A DNA stretch of 64,000 nucleotides from Azolla caroliniana (lineage: Eukaryota > Plantae > Polypodiophyta): assembly GCA_043228905.1 (NCBI GenBank), contig JBHGNT010000012.1, positions 10,106,001-10,170,000 of the forward strand, read 5' to 3'. Below, one piece after another: positions 23,707 through 36,960 of the stretch (positions are counted from its first letter, which is position 1; every line of letters begins with the position of its first letter). The notes under the pieces were generated by a model, which was given only the letters and a program-made list of their open reading frames with translations, ran no database searches and had not been told where the DNA came from. The translations under genes and the position numbers were made by a program.

Positions 23707-24156
23707 TGTCAAGACTGAGAGAGAGAAAGAGAGAGAAAAAGAGATAGAGAGATAATTGAAAGAGAATTATTAAATTGAAGCGTAAAATGGATTACAAAGA
23801 GTAGGCTACAAAATGGCATTGAACCAATTTAGGTTTGGGATGGGTGGTAGATCCCTATTTATAAGTAATAGAGAACACTCTAGAATATTCTAGGTTATCC
23901 TAGAGTGTAGAGTATTCTAGAAGGTTCTAGTGGTATAGAACACTCTAGAATATTCTAGGTCATTCTAGAATGTAGAGTAATATAGAATATTCCTATGATA
24001 TTAGATTTCATATTCTAGAGACTATACATATAAGAATATTAATACAATGGTTAAGGATTTGACATGTGTACAACAAGGTCATGGGTTCAAATCCTTTCGA
24101 GTCATAATGTGAGTGTCATGATCCTTTCGATGCATGATGTGAGTGTTATCATGACA
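23707..24156 (-). mobile_element. Solo LTR (450 bp) inserted in D1
   Basis: TGTCA...TGACA termini, TSD CGGTC (23702-23706 and 24157-24161), TCTAGA-rich repeats, minus-strand TATA. Confidence 0.9.
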
Positions 24157-24312
24157 CGGTCTAGTCCTCGCCGATCCGAATCGTTTCGGTCCGGTGACTT
24201 TTTCGAATCGGTACTGTCGGTTCCCTTGTCTTTCCGGAAATGACGACAGTTCTTATGGAAGTTCCCCGGCTTGCTGCAATAGAAGCAAGTGGGCCCCCCC
24301 CTTGACTTTGAC

Positions 24313-27300
24313 GGATCCAACAGGGAGTAGTCGCAACAGGAGGCAACACTCCGCATCCGATCGAGAATGTCGGAGAAGTTCCCCTAAGCCATGTTGGGCA
24401 AAAAGGGAAACTCATGAACGTGTTACACATCCCAACAATCACGAGGAATCTGGTGTCGATCGGGCAAATCGTCCACCAGGGGATGCAAGTCCGGTTCACG
24501 CATCTCGGGTACTTCATCGAGGAGGAAGGCCAGGTTATTGCGTAAAGGCGCAGAGATGGGAGGATGTTTATCCGCGACACCAATGACGTTGGCACCGCAA
24601 AGTTCGCAAAAGGACAGAAAGTCGTGTCGGATATCGACCTATGGCACAAGCGGATAGGCCACATCAACTATCAAAGGCTTCAGGACTTGCAATCGAACAA
24701 GTTGTGTTCGGATTGCCCAAATTCAGTGGTCGGAAGGCCCAAATTTGTGAAGCCTGCTAGCTAGGGAAGCAACACCGACTTCCTTCCCCCAACGAGCGTA
24801 ACCGGAGCCAGAACAAGCTCGACTTGATACATTCGGATGTATGGGGGCCGGCACAGAACGTTAGTCTTGGCGGGAGTTGATATTTTGTCTCCTTCATCGA
24901 CGACTACACGCGGCACACATGGATCTATCTCATTGAAAAGAAGAGTGAAGTTTTCGACTGTTTTCGGGACCTCAAAAGTTTTGTAGAAAGGGAAACAAGG
25001 AGAAAGATCAAGTGCCTATAGTCGGATGGAGGAAAAGAGTACTTTTCCGGCCAATTCAACAGATATCTGCAACAAATGGGAATTCGGTGCGAATTCAGTT
25101 GTAGGTATACACCGAAGCAAAATGGCGTAGCCGAAAGGAAAAATCGGTCGGTTGTGGAAGCGGCGTGGGAAATGCTGGAAGGAAAGAGCTTTTCCAAGTT
25201 CTATTGGGCCGAAGCGGTACGAACCGCGGTCTACATCCAGAATCGGATCGGAGACAAAGTGTCGGCGCATGAGCTGTATTTCGGAAGAAAGCCGAATCTA
25301 CAACACTTGAGAGTCTTCGGTAGCATTGCGTATGTGCATGTGCTGAAGGAGAAACGGAGGAAGTTGGATGCGAAAACCGAGAAGTGTATCTTGGTTGGCT
25401 ATTGGGACGAACAGAAGGGTTATAAGTGTTATAACCCCAGAACCAAACAAGCTCGCGTGAGCCGCGATGTTGTGTTTGACGAGTCCGCGTCCTGGTACTT
25501 GCATCCAACTCTGGACCACAACACCAACTCCAACTCCAGATCTCCGGAGCCGAGTTCTGACAATGAGGTCAGCGAGGCTGAAATGCCTCCTGATGACCGC
25601 GAAATCAAGACCCTCGATGAGAGTCCGATTTCATTTCGGCTAAGTGGACGGAACGAGTGACTGGGTTGGCTAGAGCAGTCCGAAGAAGAGCCGGGGAGTA
25701 GTGGAGACTCGGTCATGCATTCCCCGCGTAGGAAGCCGACGAGACGGCTTACGTGCAAGGAAAAAGGGAAGAAGAAGATGCCGGAGTATAGCACGGTTAA
25801 GGGTGAGTCGGATCGACGTGAATCCGACTCCGAGAAGAGCAATGACGGACCTTCGAGAGCGAAGTCCACGTCATCCAAGAAAGCCTCAACGTCAGCTAAT
25901 GAGCAGTTACGCCGATCTACCCGCCAGAAGAACCCTGTTGTGCGGTTCAGAGACAACGAGTACATGGCGCATCACTATGCATACATGACGCGTGTAGCGG
26001 AAGTGCGTGAGCTGGAGAGCTACGCAGAAGCGGCGAAGGATGCAAATTGGCATGCCGCAATGGAGGAAGAGATGTGTGCATTGGCGGAGAATGAAACCTG
26101 GGACCTGGTTGACGCACCGAAGGCTGTGAAGCTGATCGGATGTCGGTGGGTGTACAAGGTCAAGTACAACACCGATGGTTCGGTCAACCAATACAAGGCC
26201 CGGTTAGTAGTGAAAGGATACGCGCAGAAGCACGGTGTGGAGTACAACGAGACCTTCGCGCATGTCGCGAAGATGACTACCGTGCGTGTTCTACTAGCCA
26301 TAGCAGCGGCGATGGGGTGGCATTTACATCAGATGGATGTTAAGAATGCGTTCCTGCAAGGCGAGCTTGAGGAACAGGTGTACATGGTACAGTCCCCCGG
26401 ATTTCACTCCGAAATGAACACCTCGGCGGTCTGTCGGCTAAAGAAGTCCCTTTACGGACTAAAGTAAGACCCGCGTGCTTGGAACGCAAAAAACACACAG
26501 CGATTGCGTCGGATGGGATTTGCGACGTCCAAATCAAACTCTTCGTTGTTCATTCGGCAAGGTCGACTCAGGCCGGTTAGTATTTTACTTTATGTTGATG
26601 ACTTTGTCATCACCGACGCCGACCTAGGTGAAATTTGTTAGGAAACGGGTCCCTTCGGATGGGAAGTGAGAAGAACAGTGTTGATGAGCAACTCGGCCAA
26701 GGCCAAATCCGGATGTGGAGTACCCAGCAACAGAAGACCCGGTGAGAACCGAATGACCAGTACCCGGGTGGGAAGGCCCGGTGAGAACCGGATGACGAGT
26801 GCCCGGCAAGAGCCGGATGGTGAAGGCCCAGTGAGAACCAGATGATGAGTGCCTGGCAAGAGCCAGATGATGCAGGCCCGGTGAGGAATGCTCACCGGAT
26901 GAAGGGACATATTCGTAAATATGTTTCTGAGAGTCCATTGGGGCTATATTTGTAAATAGCCGAAAAATCATATTAGTATAAATATGACTTAGGGCAAACT
27001 TAGTATAGTGGTGGTCATTCTTGTTGGTGCAAGATTTGAGTGCGTAACTGTGTACAGAGAGAGAGAGAGAGAGGAAGAGGTCGTTGCCTCTGTTGTAACC
27101 GCCGCCTGTGGCGAAGATAGCAAGCTCGAGGTCATTACCTCGGTGCTCTACTATTGTACATTGTGATATAGTGATAGTTTGCAGTATGTGGGATGTCATG
27201 GTTTTTTCCCTAGTTTGGGTTTTTCCACGTTAACATCCTGTGTACTCTTCTCTTCACTGTGTCGTGCGTACATTATCCGTTTTTCTATGTTTGATCCTAG

Positions 27301-29103
27301 ACTCGGTTGTGGCCGAGTGTTGTTTGCAGAGCGTGTAGTCCTTTCAAAATTGACTGCGTAAAGCTCCAGCTCGCAGCATCATTTGACATGAAGGACCTGG
27401 GGGACCTTCATTACTTCCTCGGGATCGAAGTGATCCATAACCCCGAAGGCATACTGATCAGCCAACGGCATTACGTGTTGAATCTGCTCTTCAAGCTCGG
27501 GATGGCAGACCGTAAGCCCATCTCGACCCCTCTGGATAGGAACGTGAAGCTTCACCCAGATTCGGGAAAAGTGTGCAACCCGACACGGTTCCGATAGATT
27601 GTCAGAAGCCTCATCTATTTGACTATTACTCGGACAGACCTCAGTTACCCGATCGGACTGATCAGTCAATTCATGTCGCAACCTATGGTCGAACACCTTC
27701 AGTGCACGCAAAGGATATTGCGATATGTTAGCGGCACGAAAGACATGGTGTTGCTATATCGGGCAGGTGTAGCCGAACAGTTAGTCGGCTACACGGATGC
27801 CGATTGGGCCGGAAACGCCCACGATCGTAGATCCACGTCTGGATACGCATTCTCTCTAGGAAGTGCGGCGATCACGTGGAGCAGCAAAAAGCAGCCGACA
27901 ATGACACTGTCGAGCACGGAGGCCGAATATCGAGGGGCGACTATCGCTACGTGCGAAGTCATTTGGCTAAAATGGCTATTGCGAGATCTGCAAGTAGAGG
28001 TGTCTGATCCGACGACAATCTATTGCAACAACCACAGCAGTATCCACCTTGCGAAAAACCTTGTGTTCCATGCCCGGACCAAGCACATTGAGGTGCATTA
28101 CCATTTTGTCCGCGAGCGGATCCTTCCGGGTGAAGTCGAACTGGTGCATCTTCCGACTCCTCAGCAAGTTGCCGACATCTTCACCAAGCCTCTTGGTCTC
28201 GACAAGTTACGGCATTTCTCGGGTGAGCTTGGGTTGCGTCACCTTGACACGCCAAACTTGAGGGGGAGAAACGAAGAACAGGAACAAGAGTGTGAAAGGA
28301 GCGGAGGTGTTCATCACGGTGATGAGGAATCGAACGGAGAATTTGATTTCGAACCGGCTGAAGAAGCCGAAGGAAGAAGGGTCATAATCGTAGGAAAGAG
28401 TCGAAGACAGCCGAATCAGGGGGAGATAAGGCCAAGATGAAGACGTGGTCGGAAGTTGTCAAAGGCCTGAAGACTGAAGACTAATTGGAGACAGCCAATT
28501 CGGATGAGTACGGAATTGAATCGAAAGTGTTTGATTCAATCGGAATGTTTGATTCGGATACGCCGAATCAACTAGAGGCCATGCGGAGAAAAGGGCAGCG
28601 AAGGACGCGCCAACACCGCGACAGCAAGGGAGCTGAGAAGGGCCGGATGAGCAAACAAGCCGACCGGGAGGGTCGAGGCGTGCGGAATCGAACAGGTCAA
28701 GGAGCGCGAGCGAGGCGTGAAGCTAGAAGAAACCAGAGCGGTGATCCAGAAGAACCAGAAGAGCCTCAAGTTGAGCTTGAGGGGGAGTGTTGAGATACAA
28801 GCTCAACATTGGCCGGATTGGCTATGCAAGCCAAGAACCGGATCGATTGGGACCGATCAGTTAGGCCGGACCGGTGCGTAAACCGGTGTGCAACAAGAAG
28901 CCGTAGCGGTGCGTAAACCATGAGGCTGTTGGAAAGATATTCCGTGTAGGAATATATTTTGGGAGTTAGTGTAGAGCTCATTTATGAGCATTGAAGTACG
29001 TGTCAGTACTTCTGTTAGTCCGTATGGACTTGTATAAAAGTGCTCACTGAGCACATTCTATGTACAGACTTAGTATTATTTTTTTGAATAGAGTTGTGTG
29101 TAT

Positions 29104-29161
<58 letters not shown>

Positions 29162-29248
29162 CCGCGTATTGTGTGTCCAAACTCTCCATTAAACCTGTGT
29201 TTTCCTATGTTTTGCTTTCTGTTGCTTCCGCATGTTGTTCTTTTCACA
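24313..29248 (+). mobile_element. Ty1/Copia element E, 5'-truncated (PR-INT-RT-RH, 3' LTR about 28788-29248)
   Basis: [42 protein letters not shown]; PPT GAGGGGGAG at 28779-28787. Confidence 0.9.
26636..27346 (+). mobile_element. Solo LTR of Copia family D (711 bp) inserted in the RT of E
   Basis: TSD AAATT (26631-26635 and 27347-27351); RT frame resumes (EIDCVKLQLAASFDMKDLG). Confidence 0.93.
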
Positions 29249-29963
29249 AAAGTCTTACTTGCCAAATTTGTGGTGCGAGGACTCCAACCAGGAAATGACT
29301 GTTGGAAAATGCTATTGAGGTTACATTTCCTTACTTTAGGCCACGAAAAAGGGGTCAATTGGGCCCCCCAACGGGATGGATTCTAAACATGGATCTCAAA
29401 CCTAATTTCTCCCGCCAATTGGAGGATAGATTCAGTGCATCCATGTGGAAGGCATGGTGTGACATTCGTCGAGGGCTCAAGTGTGATCAACCGAGATCCG
29501 ATCTTGCATGGCTCCGTCAACGTATCCTATGGAACCCATGTATCAAGGATGAATCTAATCAACTATTGGGATCACGTAAGGGGTTGTCATGGGGATACAT
29601 TGCAGAAGGTCTAGGAAAAAGTATAGAATGTTGGCAACGGTTTATGTCACTACCACTACAAGATCAGGCGAACATACTCCATGGAATCAGGGGCGGATGG
29701 ACTATGAGATCGGAAATCATTAACGCTCTACTGATTAGGGAATCTACTACTCAAAGGACAACAATGGAGAAATGGATAGGCCACGAGGAGGAGGGATCTT
29801 TGATCCCGAGAGGTAGGGGACCACCAGACAAACTCGAAGGCTCTGAACTGCGAGACACTGAGACACCAACACAGAATAACGCAATTCGAGTACTCGCGTA
29901 TATTGGTAATAAATGGATTGTAGATCCTGATCTAATCAGAGTACAACCCGATTGGCACATATG

Positions 29964-32900
29964 TGTTAGGAAATAGGTCCCTCCGGATGGGAAGTGAGAA
30001 GAACAGTGTTGATGAGCAAACTCAACCTCGGCCGATAGGTCGAGGCCGAATCCGGATGACGAGTACCCGGCTACGGAAGACCCGGTGAGAACCGGATGAC
30101 GAGTACCCGGCAATGGAAGACCCAGTGAGAACCGGATGTGGAGTACCCGGCTACGGAAGACCCGGTGAGAACCGGATGACAATTACCCGGCAACAGAAGA
30201 CCCGGTGAGAACCGGATGTGGAGTACCCGGCAACGGAAGACCCGGATGACGAGTACCCGGCAAGAGCCGGATGGTGAAGGCCCGATGAGAAATGCTCACC
30301 GGATGAAGGGACATATTCGTAAATATGTTTTCTGAGAGTCCATTGGGGCTATATTTGTAAATAGCCGAAAATTCATATTAGTATAAATATGACTTAGGGC
30401 AAAGTTAGTGGTACTGTAGTTGTCATTCTTGTTGGTGCAAGATTTGAGTGCGTAACTGTGTACATAGAGAGAGAGAGAGAGAGAGAGAGAGGAAGAGGTT
30501 GTTGCCTCTGTTGTAACCGCCGCCTGTGGCGAAGATAGCAAGCTCGAGGTCGTTGCCTCGGTGCTTTACTATTGTACATTGTGATATAATGATAGTTTGC
30601 AGTCTGTGGGTTGCCATGGTTTTTCCCTAGTTTGGGTTTTCCACGTTAACATCCTGTGTACTCTTCTCTTTACTGTGTCGTGCGTTCATTACCCGTTTTC
30701 TATGTTTGATCCTAGACTCGGTTGTGGCCGAGCGTTGTGCTTAGGGAGCGTGTATTCCTGTCAAAGTGGTATTAGAGCGAAACGACACAGAAAAATGGAC
30801 GATTCGTTGGGAGGCATGTTCAAGCTCACCGGCTCCAACTATTCGGTGTGGAAGTCGAAGATAACGGACATGGTCGTGGTTAAAGATCTTTGGTTGCTAG
30901 TTCAGTTCGGGGACAAGAGACCGGACAAAATCGATGCCACGATATGGGAGGTGATACACATGAAGACAACGGCGTACATACGGTGCTTCATCGACATGAG
31001 TCTATACAACAACTTCAATGAAGAGAGCAAGGCTCATGAGCTCTGGGAGAAGATCGGCATTATGTTTCAGAACAAAAATGTTGTTAATCAGGTTTCGGTA
31101 TTTCGAAAGCTAGTAAGACTCCGGTACCAAGATGGCTCCAGCATGGCGGAGCACATGAATGCCTTCCAGGGGCTGATCCACCAAGCAACATCATTGGAAG
31201 TACCTCTCGCTGATGAGGTACTAGCACTACTCCTGCTCGGTTCCCTCCCAGATAGCTGGGAGACGTTGGTTGTCACTTTGGGCAACGCCGGGCCGGAAGG
31301 GAAACGGTTATCCCTAGCAAGAGTGAAGTCGAGCTTGCTAGATGAGGAGGCGCGTCGGAAAAATAAGGATACGATCTCCGACTCCCAAGTGGAAGACAAA
31401 CGAACCGTAGCCCCTAGAACCGGGAAAAGTCGGGGACACGGTCAAAGTCAAGGGGGACGCCTACTTGCTTCTATTGCGGCAAGCCGGGACACTTCCAGAA
31501 GAATTGTCGGCACTTCCGAAAAGACAAGGAAACCGACGGTACCGATTCGAAGCGGACACCGGACCGGAACAGTAAAGACCGGAGGGGGCCGGACCGGAAG
31601 GGAACAACAGCAATCGCAGCAAGTGAAGAAGAGTTGATGCTCATCACCGAGGAGAGTGAGCTAAACCTTGCCGGCGACGAGATGACCTGGGTGGTCGACT
31701 CCGGAGCGTCGTTCCACCTTACCCCGGACCGGAAATGCTTCTAATCCTACTCAGCCGGTGATCACAGCTGTGTCCGGATGGGGAATGAAGGTACATGCCG
31801 AATTGTCGGCATAGGAGACGTGTGGTTGACAACACCAACCGGATGCAAGCTGCTGCTAAAGGCTGTCCGACACGTTCCGGAGGTTCGTCTGAACCTGATA
31901 TCAGCCGGTCGGCTAGATGATGAAGGCTACACGGGTAGCATCCGGAATGGTGTTATGAAGTTCAGCAAAGGGAGCTTGATTGTGGCTCGGGCCCGGAAGG
32001 TCAACACGTTGTACCTGATGAATGCCCAGTTATGCCCGAAAGAAGTGAACGTGGCATCTGACACTGCTGGTGAGTTGTGGCACAAGAGGCTGTGTCACAT
32101 GAGCGAGAAGGGGATGAAGAGGCCTGCAGAAGACAACCTCATTCCAATGAAGAACGTGCACTTGGAGAAGTGCACTAATTGTCTGGCCGGTAAACAAAAC
32201 CGGACCTCCTTCCGATCAAGGCCACCAATGAGACGTAATGCACTACTGGAGTTAGTGCATACTGATGTATGTCAAGTGGACACGAAGTCACATGTCGGAT
32301 CGCAGTACTTCGTGACGTTCATAGATGACCACAACCGGAAGTTGTGGGCCACACCGTTGAAGACGAAAGATCAGGTGTTATCCGTCTTCAAAGAGCTCCA
32401 CGCGAGAGTGGAAAGAGAAACCGGCCAGAAGCTGAAGGCGGTTCGAGCAGATAACGGAGGTGAATACCGGGGGCAGTTTGAGGAGTACTGTCACTCGAAG
32501 GGAATCCGGCTCGAATTTACCGTGCCGAAGACGCCGGAACTAAACGGGCTGGCCGAGAGGATGAACCGGACCATAATGGAGAGGGTCCGGAGTATGCTGG
32601 CGCATGCAAAATTACCCAAGACGTTTTGGGCTGAGGCGCTGTCGACAGCAACATATGTGATAAACAGATCACCCTCAGTGCCCTTGGATGGAGACACACC
32701 GCAAAAGGTGTGGAACGAGAAGGAAGTGTCCTACCGGCATGTGAAGGTGTTCGGGTGTCTCGTGTACCTGCATGTTGCTAAGGACCGGAGAGGAAAGTTG
32801 GATCCAAAGACCCGGCCATGCATATTCCTCAGATACGGCGATGATGAGTTCGGCTACCGAGTGTGGGATCCGGTTGACAAGAAGTCTTTCCGGAGTCGAG

Positions 32901-35322
32901 ATATTATCTTCATGGAGGACAAGACTCTTGCCGACTGGGAGTTGGAGAAGAAGATAATGAACTCCGATGAGATTCGGACACACCTGGCTAAGAGCCGGTT
33001 AACACTCAAGGAACCAGCCAGTTACGGTGAGGATACCGAACCGACAGAAGAAGTAGAGGAAGTTGAAATCGGAACCAGCCAAGACCCCGAATCGGATTCG
33101 GATGAAGAACAAATAGTGGAGCCGGTTGCCGAAGGCCAAAGACGGAGATATCCTGTCAGAGAGAGAAGGGCCCCCAGAGATTTCCGAATGCATAGCATGT
33201 GCTGCTGACCGATGAGGGAGAGCCGGAAAGCTTCGAAGCGAAGGATGACACCCACAACCGCAAATGGTCAAGTGCCATGCAGGATGAGATGGATTCCCTG
33301 CATGAGAACCATACGTACAAATTGGTGGAGTTTTCGAAAGGAAAGCGGGCACTCCGAAACAAGTGGGTGTACATGTTGAAACCGGGAGATGCCGGCAACC
33401 CCCTGAGATACAAAGCCAGGATCGTGGTGAAGGGGTTCCAGCAAAAGAAGGGTGTGGACTTCAACGAGATATTTGCCACGGTAGTAAAGATGACCTCCAT
33501 CCGGACGGTACTGAGTATAACGGCAAGCATGGACCTCGAGGTACAGCAGCTGGACGTGAAGACGGCATTCCTTCACGGTGACCTCGAAGAGGAGATCTAC
33601 ATGCAGCAACCGGAAGGATTCGTGGAGAAAGGGAAGGAGCACCTGGTTTGCCGGTTGAAGAAGAGCCTATACGGACTGAAGCAGGCTCCCCGACAATGGT
33701 ACCGGAAGTTCGACTCCATCATGACCGATCAAGGGTACCACAAGACGCAGGCCGATCACTGCGTGTTTGTGAAGAATTTTGAAGGAGGCGATTTCTTGAT
33801 ACTCCTTCTGTATGTGGACGACATGTTGATCGTCGGACGGGACCAAGCCAAAATACGGATGCTGAAGAAGGTTCTCAACCGAACTTTCGCAATGAAAGAC
33901 TTGGGTCCGACAAGAGAGATGTTGGGGATGCATATCATCCGGAACCGGCCAACGAAGCAATTGTGGCTGTCATAGGAGAAATACGTGACAAAGGTGCTTC
34001 AGCGGTTCAACATGTTAGAAGCAAAACCGGTCAGATCGACACTCCCGGCAAACTGCAGATTATCCGGTAAGCAAAGCCCGAAGATGAAAGCAGAGAAGGC
34101 TGATATGATGAAGGTTCCATATGCCTCTGCCATTGGGAGCTTAATGTACGCAATGGTGTGTACCCGACCGGATATAGGATACGCAGTCGGAGTGGTGAGC
34201 CGGTTTATAAGCAATCCCGGCAAGGAGCACTGGAATGCGGTCAAATGGATACTCCGGTACTTGAAGGGCACTTCGAACATGTGTCTCCGATTCGGCTCTG
34301 GTAAACCTCAACTTGACGGTTTTACCGATTTGGACATGTCGGCTGATGTGGATACCAGCCGGTCTACATCCGGGTATGTAATGACATCCAGCGTAGGTAT
34401 CACTGTATCCGGGAGCAGGTAGAAGATTGAGAGTTCGCGCTGACGAAGATCCACACGGCCAAGAACGGGTTAGATATGCTGACCAAAGTACTGATACCCG
34501 ACAAGCTGGATGCATGTCGGAAGCGGATCGAACTAGTAAGACATCCCATGCCGGAGTGAAGGGGGAGTTTGTTAAGAAACAGGTCCCTCCGGATGGGAAG
34601 TGAGAAGAACAGTGTTGATGAGCAAACTCGGCCTCGGCCTATCCGGATGACGAGTACCCGGCTACGGAAGACCCGGTGAGAACCGGATGACGAGTACCCA
34701 GCAACAGAAGACCCGGTGAGAACCGGATGTGGAGTACCTGGCTACGGAAGACCCGGTGAGAACTAGATGACGAGTACCCGGCAACGGAAGACCTGGTGAG
34801 AACCGAATGACGAGTACCCGGCAAGAGCCGGATGGTGAAGGCCCGGTGAGAAATGCTCACCGGATGAAGGGACATATTCGTAAATATGTTTTCTGAGAGT
34901 TCATCGGGGCTATATTTTTAAATAGCTGAAAAGTCATATTAGTATAAATATGACTTAGGGCAAAGTTAGTGGTACTGTAGTTGTCATTCTTGTTGGTGCA
35001 AGATTTGAGTGCGTAACTGTGTACAGAGAGAGAGAGAGAGAGAGAGAGAGGAAGAGGTCGTTGCCTCTGTTGTAACCGCCGCTTGTGGCGAAGATAGCAA
35101 GCTCGAGGTCGTTGCCTCGGTGCTTTACTATTGTACATTGTGATATAGTGATAGTTTGCAGTTTGTGGGCTGCCGTGGTTTTTCCCTAGTTTGGGTTTTC
35201 CACGTTAACATCCTGTGTACTCTTCTCTTTACTGTGTCGTGCGTTCATTACCCATTTTCTGTGTTTGATCCTAGACTCGGTTGTGGCCGAGCATTGTGCT
35301 TAGGGAGCGTGTATTCCTGTCA
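29964..35322 (+). mobile_element. Full-length Ty1/Copia element D2 (defective)
   Basis: LTRs 29964-30763 and 34570-35322; TSD ATATG (29959-29963 and 35323-35327); PBS TGGTATTAGAGC 30767-30778 (tRNA-iMet type); PPT 34559-34569; gag-PR-INT-RT-RH from ATG 30795. Confidence 0.96.
30053..30262 (+). repeat. 40-bp tandem repeat in U3 of D-family LTRs (also about 34643-34824)
   Basis: Unit CGGATGACGAGTACCCGGC(T/A)ACGGAAGACCCGGTGAGAAC; copy number differs between LTR copies. Confidence 0.92.
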
Positions 35323-36881
35323 ATATGTACTCATAAAAACACATGGCTACGTAAGGTTGGTTGGGACCCTTTGCAATGGACATGGCGTGATCCCTACGTG
35401 GGGCAAGGAAGCAAACCCATCCCTTTCTTCCAATTCACAACTAGATTGGGTCGCCACATTCTAGCTGCTCAAACCGCCCGAGAACCAGCTGTTGCGAAGG
35501 TCTGGCACACATTTCAAGCTCCTCCCACAATAATCACCAAGTTTTGGTAGAAAATCTGGAAACAACAACACACGAGGCAAATTACCACATTCCAATGGAT
35601 ATTAATACATAAGTCCCTACCAGTGGGAGCATGGCAACGTGGGAACCTTAGCTCTCCTAATTGTGTAGAGTGCCCACCTGCAGTAGAATCAATACGACAC
35701 GCTCTGTGGGACTGCCCAACATCCCATCGAATATGATGGGGGGTTGGCCGCTTGTTGCAATTATGCCAAGTGCAAGGCTCAGTCAAGTGGGGAAATATAT
35801 GTTGGCTAGCATGGCAGGCCACAATTGGCAGATACAAGCATCAGGAGGAGGGGATGACTTTGATGATAATAGCACAAGAGGTCTTTTTCTCCTCCAGCGG
35901 TAATGTCCACTCCACTCCACTTAATGACAAATCTCAAGAGGTGTTGGAATTGGTCAGCCCAATAACTCTTTGGATTCTATGGAAACAACGATGTAGGCGA
36001 GTCTTCTCCAACCAAACCACACATCCAACAAGGTTACTACAAGAGATATGGAGTGAAATTGAAGCCACTCTGAAGAGCCAATATGATGGCCTTAAGGGCA
36101 GCTCCGAGGGAGTTGAAAGACAACGAATAGCCTTCATCCAACAATGGTCGTCCTCTCCCTTTCTTGAGTCAGTGGGCATCCACATAAGATGGAACTATCA
36201 CGTCCCTTCAAGGATTTGTACATAATCGTCTCATTTGTAAAATTTTATAACTAATGGAAGGAGTTTTTTTTTGGAAAAAAAAAAAACATTTTCATTTTGA
36301 ATGAAAGAAAGTTGATAAGCATAAGCCAATTCAAATGAAAACAAAGCTTTATTGAAATTTTAGTATAACTCACCAAGTTGACGACGTTGGTCGATACTCA
36401 TTACCAAACATTATTTCGCAACTTCGGTTATTCATGTTGTACTCAACACTTATAGCCTCTTTATACTGAATTCCAAAATTTGGAATCTCTAATGGCACCT
36501 CATCTCAATGTTGTAGATGTTGACATCTTCAAGATCAAAATATGTCCTCGCCTGCCCACGTTTTAAGCCTTTGCTGAGATCGGGCAACAACATTTGAACT
36601 TCCGATGTTGTGAAGTTGGGTGATGCTCGACCATGCGATTTACATCATCATAGAAGTACTTTTGCAAGCATTTGATATGATTTACAATGAGAAAGAACTA
36701 CAAAAAGTAAAAACTTCCATGCCACTAATTATCACATTTAAGATTAGTTTCTTCCTCATCATTCTAAAGATAATTAAAAAAAGCAAAAAAGGTTTGGGGA
36801 TGGAAACTAGATATTGCTTGGTAGGGTTCAAAGTACGATTAATCTATACCAATCTACCGTTTAAACTTCGTCACAAAAAAG

Positions 36882-36960
36882 CCTTCCGAACATCCTATTG
36901 AATCCATAGGCAGGCGAGAGGCAACCTGGCGAATTGAAACATCTTAGTAGCCGGAAGAAT
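36882..36960 (+). pseudogene. rrn23: About 80-bp fragment of plastid-type 23S rRNA (probable NUPT)
   Basis: TGAATCCATAGGCAGGCGAGAGGCAACCTGGCGAATTGAAACATCTTAGTAGCCGGAAG resembles the 5' domain of plastid 23S (GAACTGAAACATCTTAGTAGCC). Confidence 0.8.

Larger units (their letters stand above)
29249..36286 (+). mobile_element. L1-like LINE, 3' part of ORF2 (post-RT region, zf-RVT, poly(A)), interrupted by Copia D2
   Basis: LLAKFVVRGL..WK, CVECPPAVESIRHALWDC, LWILWKQRCRRVF, stop at 36225, A-run at about 36274-36286. Confidence 0.85.

Noticed and set aside
30053-30262. CRISPR-like array
   Set aside because: Contiguous 40-bp tandem units without unique spacers, inside a eukaryotic LTR; no cas genes.
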